From Candidatus Saccharimonadota bacterium (lineage in GTDB: Bacteria > Patescibacteriota > Saccharimonadia > Saccharimonadales > Saccharimonadaceae), in the NCBI GenBank assembly GCA_016196195.1, contig JACPYF010000010.1:4110-68109 (forward strand): DNA of 64,000 nucleotides, given 5' to 3'. Position numbers and translations under genes: made by a program. Positions 46,050 to 54,820 of this stretch are shown here, piece after piece; position 1 is the stretch's first letter, and each line of letters starts with the position of its first letter. The notes beneath the pieces are model-generated. The model was not told the origin of the DNA. It saw only the letters and a list, made by a program, of their open reading frames with translations, and did no database searches.

Positions 46050-46979
46050 TTATTGCGTAGAATTACTATGAAACTTCTCATGCACTTCTTTTAAATGCTG
46101 ATCTGTAACGTGCGTATAGACCTGAGTAGTCGATATATTGCTGTGTCCCAGCATGCTTTGGACTGAGCGTAGATCCGCGCCGTTCATCAATAGATCAGTT
46201 GCAAAGCTATGGCGCATAGTATGTGGACTGACGTGCTTTGTTATGCCTGCGGCTAGGGCGTAGTGTTTGATGATTCTTTGTACGCTACGAGGCGTCAGTC
46301 GACGAAAATTACCCGAAGTATCCAGGTGTTGCGGGTTGTTATCGCGGTAACTGATAAATAGCGGCTTCAGGCTGTCTTGTCTGGTGTTTAGATAGTTTTC
46401 TATATGCTCTGCAGCGTCACTACTGATGAAAACTGGACGATCTTTGTTGCCTTTGCCGCGAACCATAAACTCACGACGTGCAATATTGATATGATCTCGA
46501 TTTAGATTAACTAGCTCTGATACACGCAGCCCGCTAGAAAAGAGCAGTTCTACGATAGCTCGATCGCGCAGTCCCTTTGGATCTTCCAGTGATATTTCAT
46601 CAACCATACGTATGATTTCGTCAGTGTTTAGAAATGTTACTTGTTTGCTTTTGGTTTTAGGCAGTTCAATTTTGTTGGGTGCTAGCGTGTCGATATCGCG
46701 CTTAGAGCAATAGGTTAGGAAGCTCCGCAGTGCAATCAAATGGTAGCTCTGTGTCATAGCAGATAGGGCAGTGCCGGTTTCGTTTTTGTAGCGATTTAGC
46801 CACAGACGCCATTTGCGTACTAGCTCAATATCAATTTTTGAAACTTCTATATCGCCCTGAAACTCCATTAGACGGTTCAGGTACAGATGGTAGTTCTCGG
46901 CGGTCTTTTGCGAGCGGCCGCGTTCGACTTCTATATATTCCAAAAAGTCGACGATTGCATCAGATAGGTACATATTCAC
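46050..46979 (-). CDS. tyrosine recombinase, XerC/XerD family
   Basis: N-terminal SAM-like domain (FLEYIEVERGRSQKTAENY). Catalytic region RDRAIVELLFSSGLRVSEL...HTMRHSFATDLL...LGHSNISTTQVYTHV. Confidence 0.9.
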   Translation of the reverse strand: MNMYLSDAIVDFLEYIEVERGRSQKTAENYHLYLNRLMEFQGDIEVSKIDIELVRKWRLWLNRYKNETGTALSAMTQSYHLIALRSFLTYCSKRDIDTLAPNKIELPKTKSKQVTFLNTDEIIRMVDEISLEDPKGLRDRAIVELLFSSGLRVSELVNLNRDHINIARREFMVRGKGNKDRPVFISSDAAEHIENYLNTRQDSLKPLFISYRDNNPQHLDTSGNFRRLTPRSVQRIIKHYALAAGITKHVSPHTMRHSFATDLLMNGADLRSVQSMLGHSNISTTQVYTHVTDQHLKEVHEKFHSNSTQ

Positions 46980-47019
46980 ACTCTAGCACAAGCATTATTA
47001 TTTTGCGACGTTTAATTGT

Positions 47020-47132
47020 AGATCTTAAAATGCTACTTTCTCATAATTGCTTCGCGTCAGGTTTGATTAGGGCCCCGGCGCCTTATCAAACTGTGGCTGC
47101 AGAGTTTATGAGAAAGTAGCATTTTAAGATCT
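47020..47132. repeat. 27-bp perfect inverted repeat with 59-nt spacer between xer and uppP
   Basis: AGATCTTAAAATGCTACTTTCTCATAA (47020-47046) is the exact reverse complement of 47106-47132. The spacer contains an inner GTTTGAT/ATCAAAC stem. Confidence 0.9.
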
Positions 47133-47154
47133 TATCTCTGTTATAATCAAAGCA

Positions 47155-47949
47155 ATGAGTGTTTTTGAAGCAATATTCCTAGGGTTGGTGCAGGGTTTTA
47201 CCGAGTTTATTCCGGTATCTAGTTCTGGGCACCTGGTGCTAGCTCAATCTTTATTCGGCAGCAGTATTGATCATTTGTTAATACAAGCCCTGGACTTTGG
47301 TACGACATTGGCGCTGATCATATTCTTTTGGCCCAAGCTAAAAGATCTAGCTAGGCAGGTTTTTGTGAAAAGGGACTATCGTCTAGCTCGAAATATCTTG
47401 ATCACATGTATACCGGCAGGTTTACTAGGTTTGTTATTGGCCAACTTCATAGAAACCAGCACAGTACTACTCAACCCGTTAGTCGTGGCCATTATGCTGG
47501 CACTAGTCGGTGTATTGATGATAGTCGTAGACAAACTGCCAAAGAAATCAAAAAAGACTAGTGGCCGGGATCTCAGCCCCAAAAGGGCACTGGCTATTGG
47601 TATCGCACAAGCTTTCGCGCTTATTCCTGGCGTTTCACGATCAGGATCAACTATTCTAGCTAGCCGCATAATGGGCTTGGCGTCCAAGCCTGCGGCTGAA
47701 TATAGCTTTATGGTATCAATTCCAATCATGCTCGGGCTTCTAACAAAGCTACTACTAAAAGAAAGCGACCGTGCTTATTTGATGAGCCACTTGGACACAG
47801 TGATCATCGGTAATATTGCTGCCTTTATCAGTGGTATGATCGCAATCAAATTTATGCTTGGCTATCTAGAAAACCATGGCCTGAGCCTATTTGGCTGGTA
47901 CCGCATAGGCGTGGCCTCTATAGTAGTGATCGTACTTTTGGTACAATAG
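47155..47949 (+). CDS. uppP: undecaprenyl-diphosphate phosphatase
   Basis: LGLVQGFTEFIPVSSSGHL and PGVSRSGSTI motifs, multi-TM. Confidence 0.93.
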   Translation: MSVFEAIFLGLVQGFTEFIPVSSSGHLVLAQSLFGSSIDHLLIQALDFGTTLALIIFFWPKLKDLARQVFVKRDYRLARNILITCIPAGLLGLLLANFIETSTVLLNPLVVAIMLALVGVLMIVVDKLPKKSKKTSGRDLSPKRALAIGIAQAFALIPGVSRSGSTILASRIMGLASKPAAEYSFMVSIPIMLGLLTKLLLKESDRAYLMSHLDTVIIGNIAAFISGMIAIKFMLGYLENHGLSLFGWYRIGVASIVVIVLLVQ

Positions 47950-47984
47950 TCCAAGACATTTAAATTCAAGGAGAAAACTAACAC

Positions 47985-48485
47985 ATGGAACGTACACTGA
48001 TCATACTGAAACCTGACGCAATCCAGCGAGGCCTAGTTGGCGAAATTATTACCCGTTTTGAGCGTGCTGGTCTAAAGATCGTCGCATCAAAGATGATTCA
48101 ACCCGACTATGACCATTACTATCATCACTACGAAGACATCGGTCAGATGGTCTCTCGTCGCGGCAAAAAGGTGTTTGATATTACGCTAGACATGATGAAT
48201 CAAGGCCCTGTTATCGCATATGTACTAGAGGGGGTAGAATCAGTTGCATTAGTTCGTAAAATGGTTGGTACGACCGAACCAAAATCAGCACTTCCTGGAA
48301 CGATTCGAGGTGATTACGCGCACATTAGCTTCGACTACGCCGACGCAAAAGGCGTAGGTATTCCAAACCTCATACATGCCTCTGGCGATCCAAAGGAAGC
48401 CAAGGCGGAAGTAGCCCACTGGTTCAGTGATAGCGAGATTTTTGACTACAAGTCGTCTCACGAGTCACATACTCAGGCCAAATAA
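47985..48485 (+). CDS. ndk: nucleoside-diphosphate kinase
   Basis: ERTLIILKPDAIQRGLVGEIITRFE, GTIRGDY, NLIHASGD (catalytic His). Confidence 0.9.
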   Translation: MERTLIILKPDAIQRGLVGEIITRFERAGLKIVASKMIQPDYDHYYHHYEDIGQMVSRRGKKVFDITLDMMNQGPVIAYVLEGVESVALVRKMVGTTEPKSALPGTIRGDYAHISFDYADAKGVGIPNLIHASGDPKEAKAEVAHWFSDSEIFDYKSSHESHTQAK

Positions 48486-48500
48486 GCTATAATATTCCTA

Positions 48501-48611
48501 GCTACGCGCCTCGGTAGCTCAATGCGTAGGCGTAGCCGGTAGTGATAACAAGCAATTGCTCTATCCATTGATGTTATGTAGAAGTATTTACATAAGGTAG
48601 AGTGGTACTAC
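48501..48611 (+). repeat. tRNA-Arg-derived fragments: direct copy of leader plus 5' half (48502-48524) and inverted copy of the D-arm region (48554-48571)
   Basis: CTACGCGCCTCGGTAGCTCAATG compared with CTACGCCTCGGTAGCTCAATG at 48608-48628. AATTGCTCTATCCATTGA is the exact reverse complement of tRNA positions 48623-48640. Confidence 0.85.
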
Positions 48612-48687
48612 GCCTCGGTAGCTCAATGGATAGAGCAATTCCGTCCTAAGGAAAAGGTTGTAGGTTCGACTCCTACCCGGGGTACCA
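48612..48687 (+). tRNA. tRNA-Arg (anticodon CCT), CCA encoded
   Basis: Hand-folded cloverleaf: acceptor GCCTCGG/CCGGGGT (two G-U pairs), D arm GCTC-AATGGATA-GAGC, anticodon loop GTCCTAA, T arm GTAGG-TTCGACT-CCTAC. Confidence 0.85.
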
Positions 48688-48867
48688 GTTGTATAATTAA
48701 TCCGAAGGGCTGATTAGACAACTGGTCAGCTCGTGCTAACGAGCGAGAACCGTAAGGTTCGGTGTAGCAAAGTCACGCGCAGAAGTTTACTTCGAGCATG
48801 GCTGTAGCGGAGAAGGCCGAAGGCCGCCGACTCTGGGGTACCAAGCAAAATAATAGGGGAAAACCAT

Positions 48868-49374
48868 ATGTCAAAAGAATTCGATGGGCAGCGAGAGGGC
48901 GAGGAAGTTCTAGTTGTTTTCCGACGTCATGCAATTGCACTTCGAAAGGGTTTTTATATGCTGGTTATACCGTTTGCCGTAGGTTCTATTCCGGCCCTCA
49001 TATGGCAAGACCAATTGTGGCTATATGGTGTAGCGTTCGGTTGTTTAGGTATAGGTTTGATTTTATTCTTTTACCACTGGGTAGGCTGGTATTATACATA
49101 TTTCATAATTACAGATCAGCGCCTGCGCCAGGTTTCACAAAAGGGTCTGTTCGGCCGTAGCGTAGTAGACCTGGGGCTGAGCAAAATACAAAATATTAGC
49201 TATAATGTTCCCGGTTTTAGCGGAGAAATGCTAGGATTTGGTACAATAGTACTACAAACCTATGTGGGTGATTTGGTACTTGATAAAATTCATCATCCGG
49301 GCAAAATTTACAATCAGATACAAGATGCTGTTGTGTCAGCTGGTGGGGATGTAGACGGGGAGATAGATGGTTAA
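48868..49374 (+). CDS. bacterial PH-domain (DUF304/YdbS-like) membrane protein
   Basis: Two TM helices followed by ITDQRLRQVSQKGLFGRSVVDLGLSKIQNISY...GTIVLQT. Confidence 0.7.
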   Translation: MSKEFDGQREGEEVLVVFRRHAIALRKGFYMLVIPFAVGSIPALIWQDQLWLYGVAFGCLGIGLILFFYHWVGWYYTYFIITDQRLRQVSQKGLFGRSVVDLGLSKIQNISYNVPGFSGEMLGFGTIVLQTYVGDLVLDKIHHPGKIYNQIQDAVVSAGGDVDGEIDG

Positions 49375-50416
49375 AAGATTAGTTAAAAAAATAAAGAAAA
49401 CTGACGAAAAAGGCGAAAAACTTGCCAAAAGTCGTATCACAAACGAAACAGTAGCCGAACACCGCGAGCAGATTCTGGCTGGTGGTCGAAAGTTTAAATA
49501 TCCGATCCAGTATGAGCGACACCGACTACTGATCAATAGTATTCTAGTCTTTCTAGTTGCTCTACTATTAGCCGTAGTTGTACTTTGGTGGCAGCTGTAC
49601 CTAGCCCAAAATACTAGCAATTTCTTTTACCGTACCACCCAGTTATTACCTCTACCGGTTGCATCTGTCGATAAACAACCAGTGCCGTTCAACGATTATC
49701 TGATGGAATACCGTAGCTCGATACACTGGCTACAGCAAAAATCTCGTGGTTTTAGTACAAATTCACAAGACAGCCAACGACAGTCCGAGCATTTCAAGCG
49801 TCAGTCGCTAAACAAGGCTATCGAGAACGCATACGCTCAGAAATTAGCAGATCAATATAATATACAGGTCTCTGATAGTGATGTCGACAAATTTATAGAT
49901 CAAACCATCAAAAACAGCAGTAGTCGCAACCTATCACGCGAAAGCTACGAAACTGTTCTGAGCGATTCATACGGTGTATCACCTGACGAATATCGTTCGA
50001 TCGTACGTTACGCTATATTGAAACAAAAGGTTTCATTCGAGGTAGACAGGGCCGCCAAAAAGAAAGCCGATGCAGCACTAGCACAACTTGCTGCGGGCAA
50101 GACTTTCGACGAAGTAGTGGCTCAATATTCTGACGACCCACTAGCTAGCGTAACCAAGGGCGACGTCGGGTTTGTGGATAAAACAAATCAAGACCAAGGC
50201 CTAGCTGCAGCCGCTTCAAAACTACAGCTCAATCAAACCACTGCAGTCATAAAAGGCACAGATGGATATTACATAGTGAAATTACTAGAGACAAAGGGTG
50301 AACAAATACGCTATGCGCGTATCAAAATATCGCTCAACGAGTTTAACGACTCACTAAAACAGCTCAAAAAAGCCGGAAAAGTGAATGAATACATCAAGGT
50401 AGAGCAGAACGCATAA
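49367..50416 (+). CDS. membrane-anchored parvulin-type peptidyl-prolyl isomerase (PrsA/SurA-like)
   Basis: N-terminal TM helix, SurA-like helical region, parvulin core FDEVVAQYSDDP...KGDVGFVDK...GYYIVKLLE. Confidence 0.75.
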   Translation: MVKRLVKKIKKTDEKGEKLAKSRITNETVAEHREQILAGGRKFKYPIQYERHRLLINSILVFLVALLLAVVVLWWQLYLAQNTSNFFYRTTQLLPLPVASVDKQPVPFNDYLMEYRSSIHWLQQKSRGFSTNSQDSQRQSEHFKRQSLNKAIENAYAQKLADQYNIQVSDSDVDKFIDQTIKNSSSRNLSRESYETVLSDSYGVSPDEYRSIVRYAILKQKVSFEVDRAAKKKADAALAQLAAGKTFDEVVAQYSDDPLASVTKGDVGFVDKTNQDQGLAAAASKLQLNQTTAVIKGTDGYYIVKLLETKGEQIRYARIKISLNEFNDSLKQLKKAGKVNEYIKVEQNA

Positions 50417-50436
50417 CCAGGCAAATAGATAAAAAT

Positions 50437-51825
50437 ATGGACAAAGCAGCAAAACGCTTGGGTGCAGCAGAAAAAAAGCTGCAACGTGGCCTCAAAAAAA
50501 ACAGCCACAAAGCCCACAATATCAGCAAAGCCATGCTCAAACACCGACGTTTTAGTCGGTTTTTGCGTGTTTTAGGGCCAGGTTTAGTCACCGGCGCGGC
50601 CGATGACGATCCATCTGGTATCGCTACATACTCTCAGGCGGGTGCTGGTTTTGGATACGGATTATTATGGATATTCCCGTTCATGTATCCACTGCTACTC
50701 GGTGTGCAGGAAAGTTGTGCCCGTATAGGGGCAATCAGCGGCAAAGGTCTGGCTGCAGTTATAAAAGACCACTACAGCAAAAAGGTCCTATTTGCCTGTG
50801 TAGCATTGGTAGTGATCGCCAACACTATTAATATCGGTGCAGACCTAGGCGCTATGGCGGCAACTACTCAGTTATTTGTTGATTTACCTTTCGTATTGTT
50901 GGCTGTAGGGTATGCGGTGTTAATTGTGATGCTGGTTTTGCTAGTGAACTACAAAACATATGCAAAAGTTCTGAAATGGTTAGCTATTACGCTGTTTGCA
51001 TATCCGATTACGGCACTGCTAGTCGGTCAAGATTGGCCAGAAGTCTTTCGCCAGACGTTTACTATCAATGTGCAGATGAATTTCAACACCGTATACATAA
51101 TTGTCGGCATGCTCGGTACAACTATATCGCCGTATCTGTTTTTCTGGGATACGTCCGAGGTGGTAGAGGAAGAAAGATCCAATCGCAATATGACCAAGAT
51201 TGGCGAAGTGCCAAAGGCTACCAAGAAATTTCTACACAATCTGCGTATAGACAACTTTGTCGGTATGACTTTGGCTAGCGTAACGGCTTGGTTCATTGTC
51301 ATAGCCTGTGCCTCGACACTGTACAAACACGGTATTACCGAAATCAACACTGCCGCCGATGCCGCCAAGGCTATAGAGCCATTAGTACAAGGTTTTCCAA
51401 ATGCCGGACTAATTGCAAAATTGATCTTTTCCATCGGTATAATTGGCCTCGGACTGCTGGCAGTACCTGTACTAGCTGGCTCATCGTCATATGCAATCAG
51501 TGAAATGCTTGGTTGGCGTGAAGGTTTGTATCGTAAATTTTCGCGTGCACTGGGTTTTTATTTAGTCATTGTAATCGCGACACTAGCTGGATTGGCTATC
51601 AACTTTATGGGTATAGATCCTATCGAGGCTTTGATATTTACAGCAGTATTTAATGGAATTGCTGCAGTGCCACTACTGTTCATGATCGCCAAAGTCGGCA
51701 ACAACCGCAGAGTCATGGGGGATTACAAAAATGGCTTGCTGTCGAACACGATCGTTCGATTGACGCTCGCTGTTATGACGGTTGCGGTTTTGGTTTTAGG
51801 CTGGGCGTTCCTTAAGGGGATGTGA
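50437..51825 (+). CDS. NRAMP-family divalent metal transporter
   Basis: LGPGLVTGAADDDPSGIATYSQAGAGFGYGLLW and approximately 11 TM segments. Confidence 0.85.
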   Translation: MDKAAKRLGAAEKKLQRGLKKNSHKAHNISKAMLKHRRFSRFLRVLGPGLVTGAADDDPSGIATYSQAGAGFGYGLLWIFPFMYPLLLGVQESCARIGAISGKGLAAVIKDHYSKKVLFACVALVVIANTINIGADLGAMAATTQLFVDLPFVLLAVGYAVLIVMLVLLVNYKTYAKVLKWLAITLFAYPITALLVGQDWPEVFRQTFTINVQMNFNTVYIIVGMLGTTISPYLFFWDTSEVVEEERSNRNMTKIGEVPKATKKFLHNLRIDNFVGMTLASVTAWFIVIACASTLYKHGITEINTAADAAKAIEPLVQGFPNAGLIAKLIFSIGIIGLGLLAVPVLAGSSSYAISEMLGWREGLYRKFSRALGFYLVIVIATLAGLAINFMGIDPIEALIFTAVFNGIAAVPLLFMIAKVGNNRRVMGDYKNGLLSNTIVRLTLAVMTVAVLVLGWAFLKGM

Positions 51826-51883
51826 ACCTCTGTTGATTTGACCAGATAAAACTGCTACTAGGTACTGAGCTTTTAGCAAATAT

Positions 51884-51961
51884 GGGCTCGTAGTGAAGTT
51901 GGCCTATCACGCCTCCCTGTCACGGAGGAGATCGCCGGTTCGAATCCGGTCGGGCCCGCCA
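51884..51961 (+). tRNA. tRNA-Asp (anticodon GTC), CCA encoded
   Basis: Acceptor GGGCTCG/CGGGCCC, anticodon stem CCTCC/GGAGG with loop CTGTCAC, T arm GCCGG-TTCGAAT-CCGGT. Confidence 0.92.
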
Positions 51962-52012
51962 CGAAACACTTCAGATAGAGGTGTTTTTTATTTTGCTATA
52001 ATTGTCCAATGT

Positions 52013-52088
52013 GCCACCTTAGCTCAGTTGGTAGAGCGTCGCACTCGTAACGCGTAGGTCAGCAGTTCGATCCTGCTAGGTGGCTCCA
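52013..52088 (+). tRNA. tRNA-Thr (anticodon CGT), CCA encoded
   Basis: Acceptor GCCACCT/AGGTGGC, D arm GCTC-AGTTGGTA-GAGC, anticodon loop CTCGTAA, T arm AGCAG-TTCGATC-CTGCT. The anticodon stem has two mismatches. Confidence 0.85.
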
Positions 52089-52135
52089 TTTCATAGAATA
52101 TTGAGGCCAAATATCGTATAATACTAGGACGAACA

Positions 52136-52504
52136 ATGAACATTAAAGATACCGTACAACACGTAACAAAAGACCGAGCGCTGATGGCGTCTTGGTTTGC
52201 ATTGGTTTTTATCTCTGTTCTAGTCACTCTCGTACTAGTGTTTCGCATACATCCTAGCGACCTAAACACTCAGATTCGCTACACGGCATTTGGTGTGTCG
52301 CACATATATACCAACGCTTGGTACTATTTGATACCTGTCATTTTGTTTAGCTTGACGGTAGTAGTTTTGCATACTTTGATCGCCATGAAGTTATTCACCG
52401 AAAAGAACAACTATATTGCACGACTTTTCATCTGGCTATCTGTTGCAGTAGTCGTTATTGGGGCATTTATTAGCTTCGCTATACTAGGACTAGCCTCGAT
52501 TTAA
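52136..52504 (+). CDS. small multi-pass membrane protein
   Basis: 122 aa with three or four hydrophobic helices, immediately upstream of the GT2 gene. Confidence 0.5.
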   Translation: MNIKDTVQHVTKDRALMASWFALVFISVLVTLVLVFRIHPSDLNTQIRYTAFGVSHIYTNAWYYLIPVILFSLTVVVLHTLIAMKLFTEKNNYIARLFIWLSVAVVVIGAFISFAILGLASI

Positions 52505-52509
52505 CGACC

Positions 52510-54129
52510 ATGACAGACATAGAAATACCACTGGGCAAACGTACGCGTCAGTATCGTTTTTTTGAGATTCTACCTGCATTTATTAGCTACGGACTACTGA
52601 TACTATTGGTAGTCCTATCTATATTCAATCCATTTCTAGCAGCAATGTATCTGTTAGCAGTTATATTAACGCTGTTTATCAAATCAGTCACTATTGCCGC
52701 CAGAACCATACAAGGTTACGGCCAATTACAATCTGCCCAAGCCGTAAACTGGCAAAAACGTCTGCGCGATATAACAATTGCTGAAAATCCAAAGAAAAAG
52801 TTACCAGAATCTATAGAAAAAGGCTTTCACAGCAAGCAGCACCTACGCAATCTGCAAGCAATTCGTGAAAATCCAGACGATTATCCGAAAGTTGATGATA
52901 TTTATCACGCTGTTATAGTGCTGGCCTACAACGAAAGCGAAGATATCATAGGCCCGACTATCGAATATGTTACAAAAACTCGTTTTCCGAATGAAAAGAT
53001 CATATTTGTCATGGGCTATGAAGAGCGTGGCGGCGATGAAATACGCGAAACTGTAAAAAGGCTAGAGGCTCGATTTGGCAAAGAATTCTATGCATTTCTG
53101 CCCGTTTGCCACCCCGATGGTATACCTGACGAAGTGGCAGGCAAAGGCGCAAACGCTACGTATTCTGGCAAATATCTGCGCAAATGGCTAAAAGATCAGC
53201 CGAATATTGACAGTGACAAAGTAATAGTCACGACTCTGGATAGCGATAATCGCCCGGACAAAGGCTATTTTTCATATGTTACCTACGAATATATTGTTCA
53301 TCCAAATCGTGACAACCTGTCGTTTCAGCCAATTGCGCTATTTTTGAACAATATCTGGGATGCGCCGGCGCCAATGCGTGTCGTTGCTACTGGTAACTCG
53401 TTCTTTAATATCATCATATCTATGCGCCCGCACGTCTTGCGTAACTTTGCTGCGCACTCACAGCCATACAAAGCCCTGAGCGCAATGGATTTTTGGAGCG
53501 TACGCACCATCGTCGAAGACGGGCATCAATATTGGCGCAGCTACTTTCACTTTGACGGCAAGTACTCTGTTATACCGATATATGTGCCGATTTATCAGGA
53601 CGCGGTACTGGCCAGCACCTATTGGCAGACTCTAAAAGCCCAGTTTGTGCAGGTTAGGCGATGGGCGTATGGGGCATCGGACGTACCATATGTGGCGGTC
53701 AGGATTTTTAGCAAAAAAAGAACCGTACCATTTTTATCTGGTACAGCATATCTAATACGGCTGATCGACAACCACACGACATGGGCTAGTATGTCGATAT
53801 TAGTGGCGGTAGGAGGCTGGGTGCCACTACTGATCAACCAAGAATCGTCACGTAGCATAATAGTGCACGAGCTACCAGAGGTAATCAGCTATATTCAGCG
53901 CCTGGCAATGATCGGTATTTTCATAACGATATTTCTAACTTTCAAGATGCTACCACCCAGGCCAGAACGCTACAAGCGCCACCGTTCGGTCCTTATGCTA
54001 CTGCAATGGGTACTAATGCCGATAACAGCTATAGCATACGGCTCACTAGCTTCGTTCTATTCACAGACTCGTCTAGCCATTGGCAAATACATGGACAAGT
54101 TTGATGTGACTGAAAAAGCCACTAAATAA
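52510..54129 (+). CDS. membrane-embedded processive family-2 glycosyltransferase (cellulose/chitin-synthase-like)
   Basis: N- and C-terminal TM helices. VIVLAYNESE, TTLDSDNRPD (DxD) and QVRRWAYG (QxxRW) motifs. Confidence 0.75.
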   Translation: MTDIEIPLGKRTRQYRFFEILPAFISYGLLILLVVLSIFNPFLAAMYLLAVILTLFIKSVTIAARTIQGYGQLQSAQAVNWQKRLRDITIAENPKKKLPESIEKGFHSKQHLRNLQAIRENPDDYPKVDDIYHAVIVLAYNESEDIIGPTIEYVTKTRFPNEKIIFVMGYEERGGDEIRETVKRLEARFGKEFYAFLPVCHPDGIPDEVAGKGANATYSGKYLRKWLKDQPNIDSDKVIVTTLDSDNRPDKGYFSYVTYEYIVHPNRDNLSFQPIALFLNNIWDAPAPMRVVATGNSFFNIIISMRPHVLRNFAAHSQPYKALSAMDFWSVRTIVEDGHQYWRSYFHFDGKYSVIPIYVPIYQDAVLASTYWQTLKAQFVQVRRWAYGASDVPYVAVRIFSKKRTVPFLSGTAYLIRLIDNHTTWASMSILVAVGGWVPLLINQESSRSIIVHELPEVISYIQRLAMIGIFITIFLTFKMLPPRPERYKRHRSVLMLLQWVLMPITAIAYGSLASFYSQTRLAIGKYMDKFDVTEKATK

Positions 54130-54552
54130 CTAGCCTCGAAGGTGTTTCTTTAAATAAATAGGATGCTTTGCTGCGTATTGTACGCTAGCTAGGCGGTCAA
54201 AGTGCTTCAAACTTGCGTATACAGCCTCGCATATGGCCTCTGGAGTCGTTTTGTCGCCAGCATGAAGGAGTTTAGCCTCTATGGTTTTAGCTAGCGCCTC
54301 GGCGTTCTCAGCGCGTTTTACGGGTATATGTTCAAAGCAGTTAGCGATGCTAATCAACAGTTTGGCGTGATGAAAGGGTAGAGTAGCTTTATCAGAGGCA
54401 ACTTGTATCTGATCCATGGCTACGTCCTCGTAGGTTGTATATATCTGGCCACAGTCTTTGCAACGTCTTCGTCTCCAGACAGTAGAAGTCTTTTTATTCT
54501 GTCTGGAATTTATGACAGACGTATTATTTTGCCCACACCTTATACAAATCAT
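54130..54552 (-). CDS. nrdR: transcriptional repressor NrdR
   Basis: Zinc ribbon CIRCGQNNTSVINSR...RRRRCKDCGQIYTTYE followed by an ATP-cone-length region. Confidence 0.8.
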   Translation of the reverse strand: MICIRCGQNNTSVINSRQNKKTSTVWRRRRCKDCGQIYTTYEDVAMDQIQVASDKATLPFHHAKLLISIANCFEHIPVKRAENAEALAKTIEAKLLHAGDKTTPEAICEAVYASLKHFDRLASVQYAAKHPIYLKKHLRG

Positions 54553-54820
54553 GACTACATATTGTCATAACGCATAGCAAAATGCTAGTGGAAAAGATTC
54601 TAAAAGTGTGTAAAAGAGGGGGCTCTAAGAAGTATATTCGTAGAATAGTTTAAAGCTCGAAAGCTCTGAGGGTTTGCTAGCAGTACTGTTCTTGATTGTG
54701 TTGCTTTGCTTTTTCATATTATTATACTAGCACTTTGTACTAAAAAAGTCAATATTATGTCACGGTATATATGGGGTAACTAAAAATATCCCACTGCTAA
54801 TTTTAGTGAGATATTTTATG

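Noticed and set aside
47020-47132. The inverted repeat as a canonical chromosomal dif site
   Set aside because: dif sites have two approximately 11-bp arms around a 6-8 bp core. Here the arms are 27 bp and are separated by 59 nt. Only the CATAA/TTATG inner ends are reminiscent, so the idea is kept only as a weak speculation in the finding.
46050-48687. The xer-type recombinase plus tRNA-Arg with duplicated ends as the boundary of an integrated island containing the pilus locus
   Set aside because: Housekeeping genes uppP and ndk lie between the recombinase and the tRNA. The recombinase looks like a standard XerC/D. The pilus genes do not stand out compositionally from core genes on the lines I sampled.
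48700-48845. tmRNA, suggested by GGGCTGATT near 48707 and a CCA-ending copy of the tRNA 3' end
   Set aside because: There is no T-arm (GGTTCGAATCC-like) before the 3' copy, no acceptor pairing between the ends, and no tag-peptide reading frame with a resume codon.
48798-49160. 120-aa ORF spanning the tRNA-Arg downstream spacer and the start of the PH-domain gene
   Set aside because: It is out of frame with the well-supported 48868-49374 gene, has Arg/Gly/Cys-rich composition, and has no RBS.
52024-52269. 81-aa minus-strand ORF
   Set aside because: It overlaps tRNA-Thr and the promoter region of the next gene, with no supporting signals.
54553-54820. NrdR boxes upstream of nrdR (for example ACTACATATTGTCAT near 54556 and CACGGTATATATGGGG near 54762)
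   Set aside because: They show only partial resemblance to the 16-bp NrdR palindrome. There is no tandem pair at the expected spacing, and the background is AT-rich.
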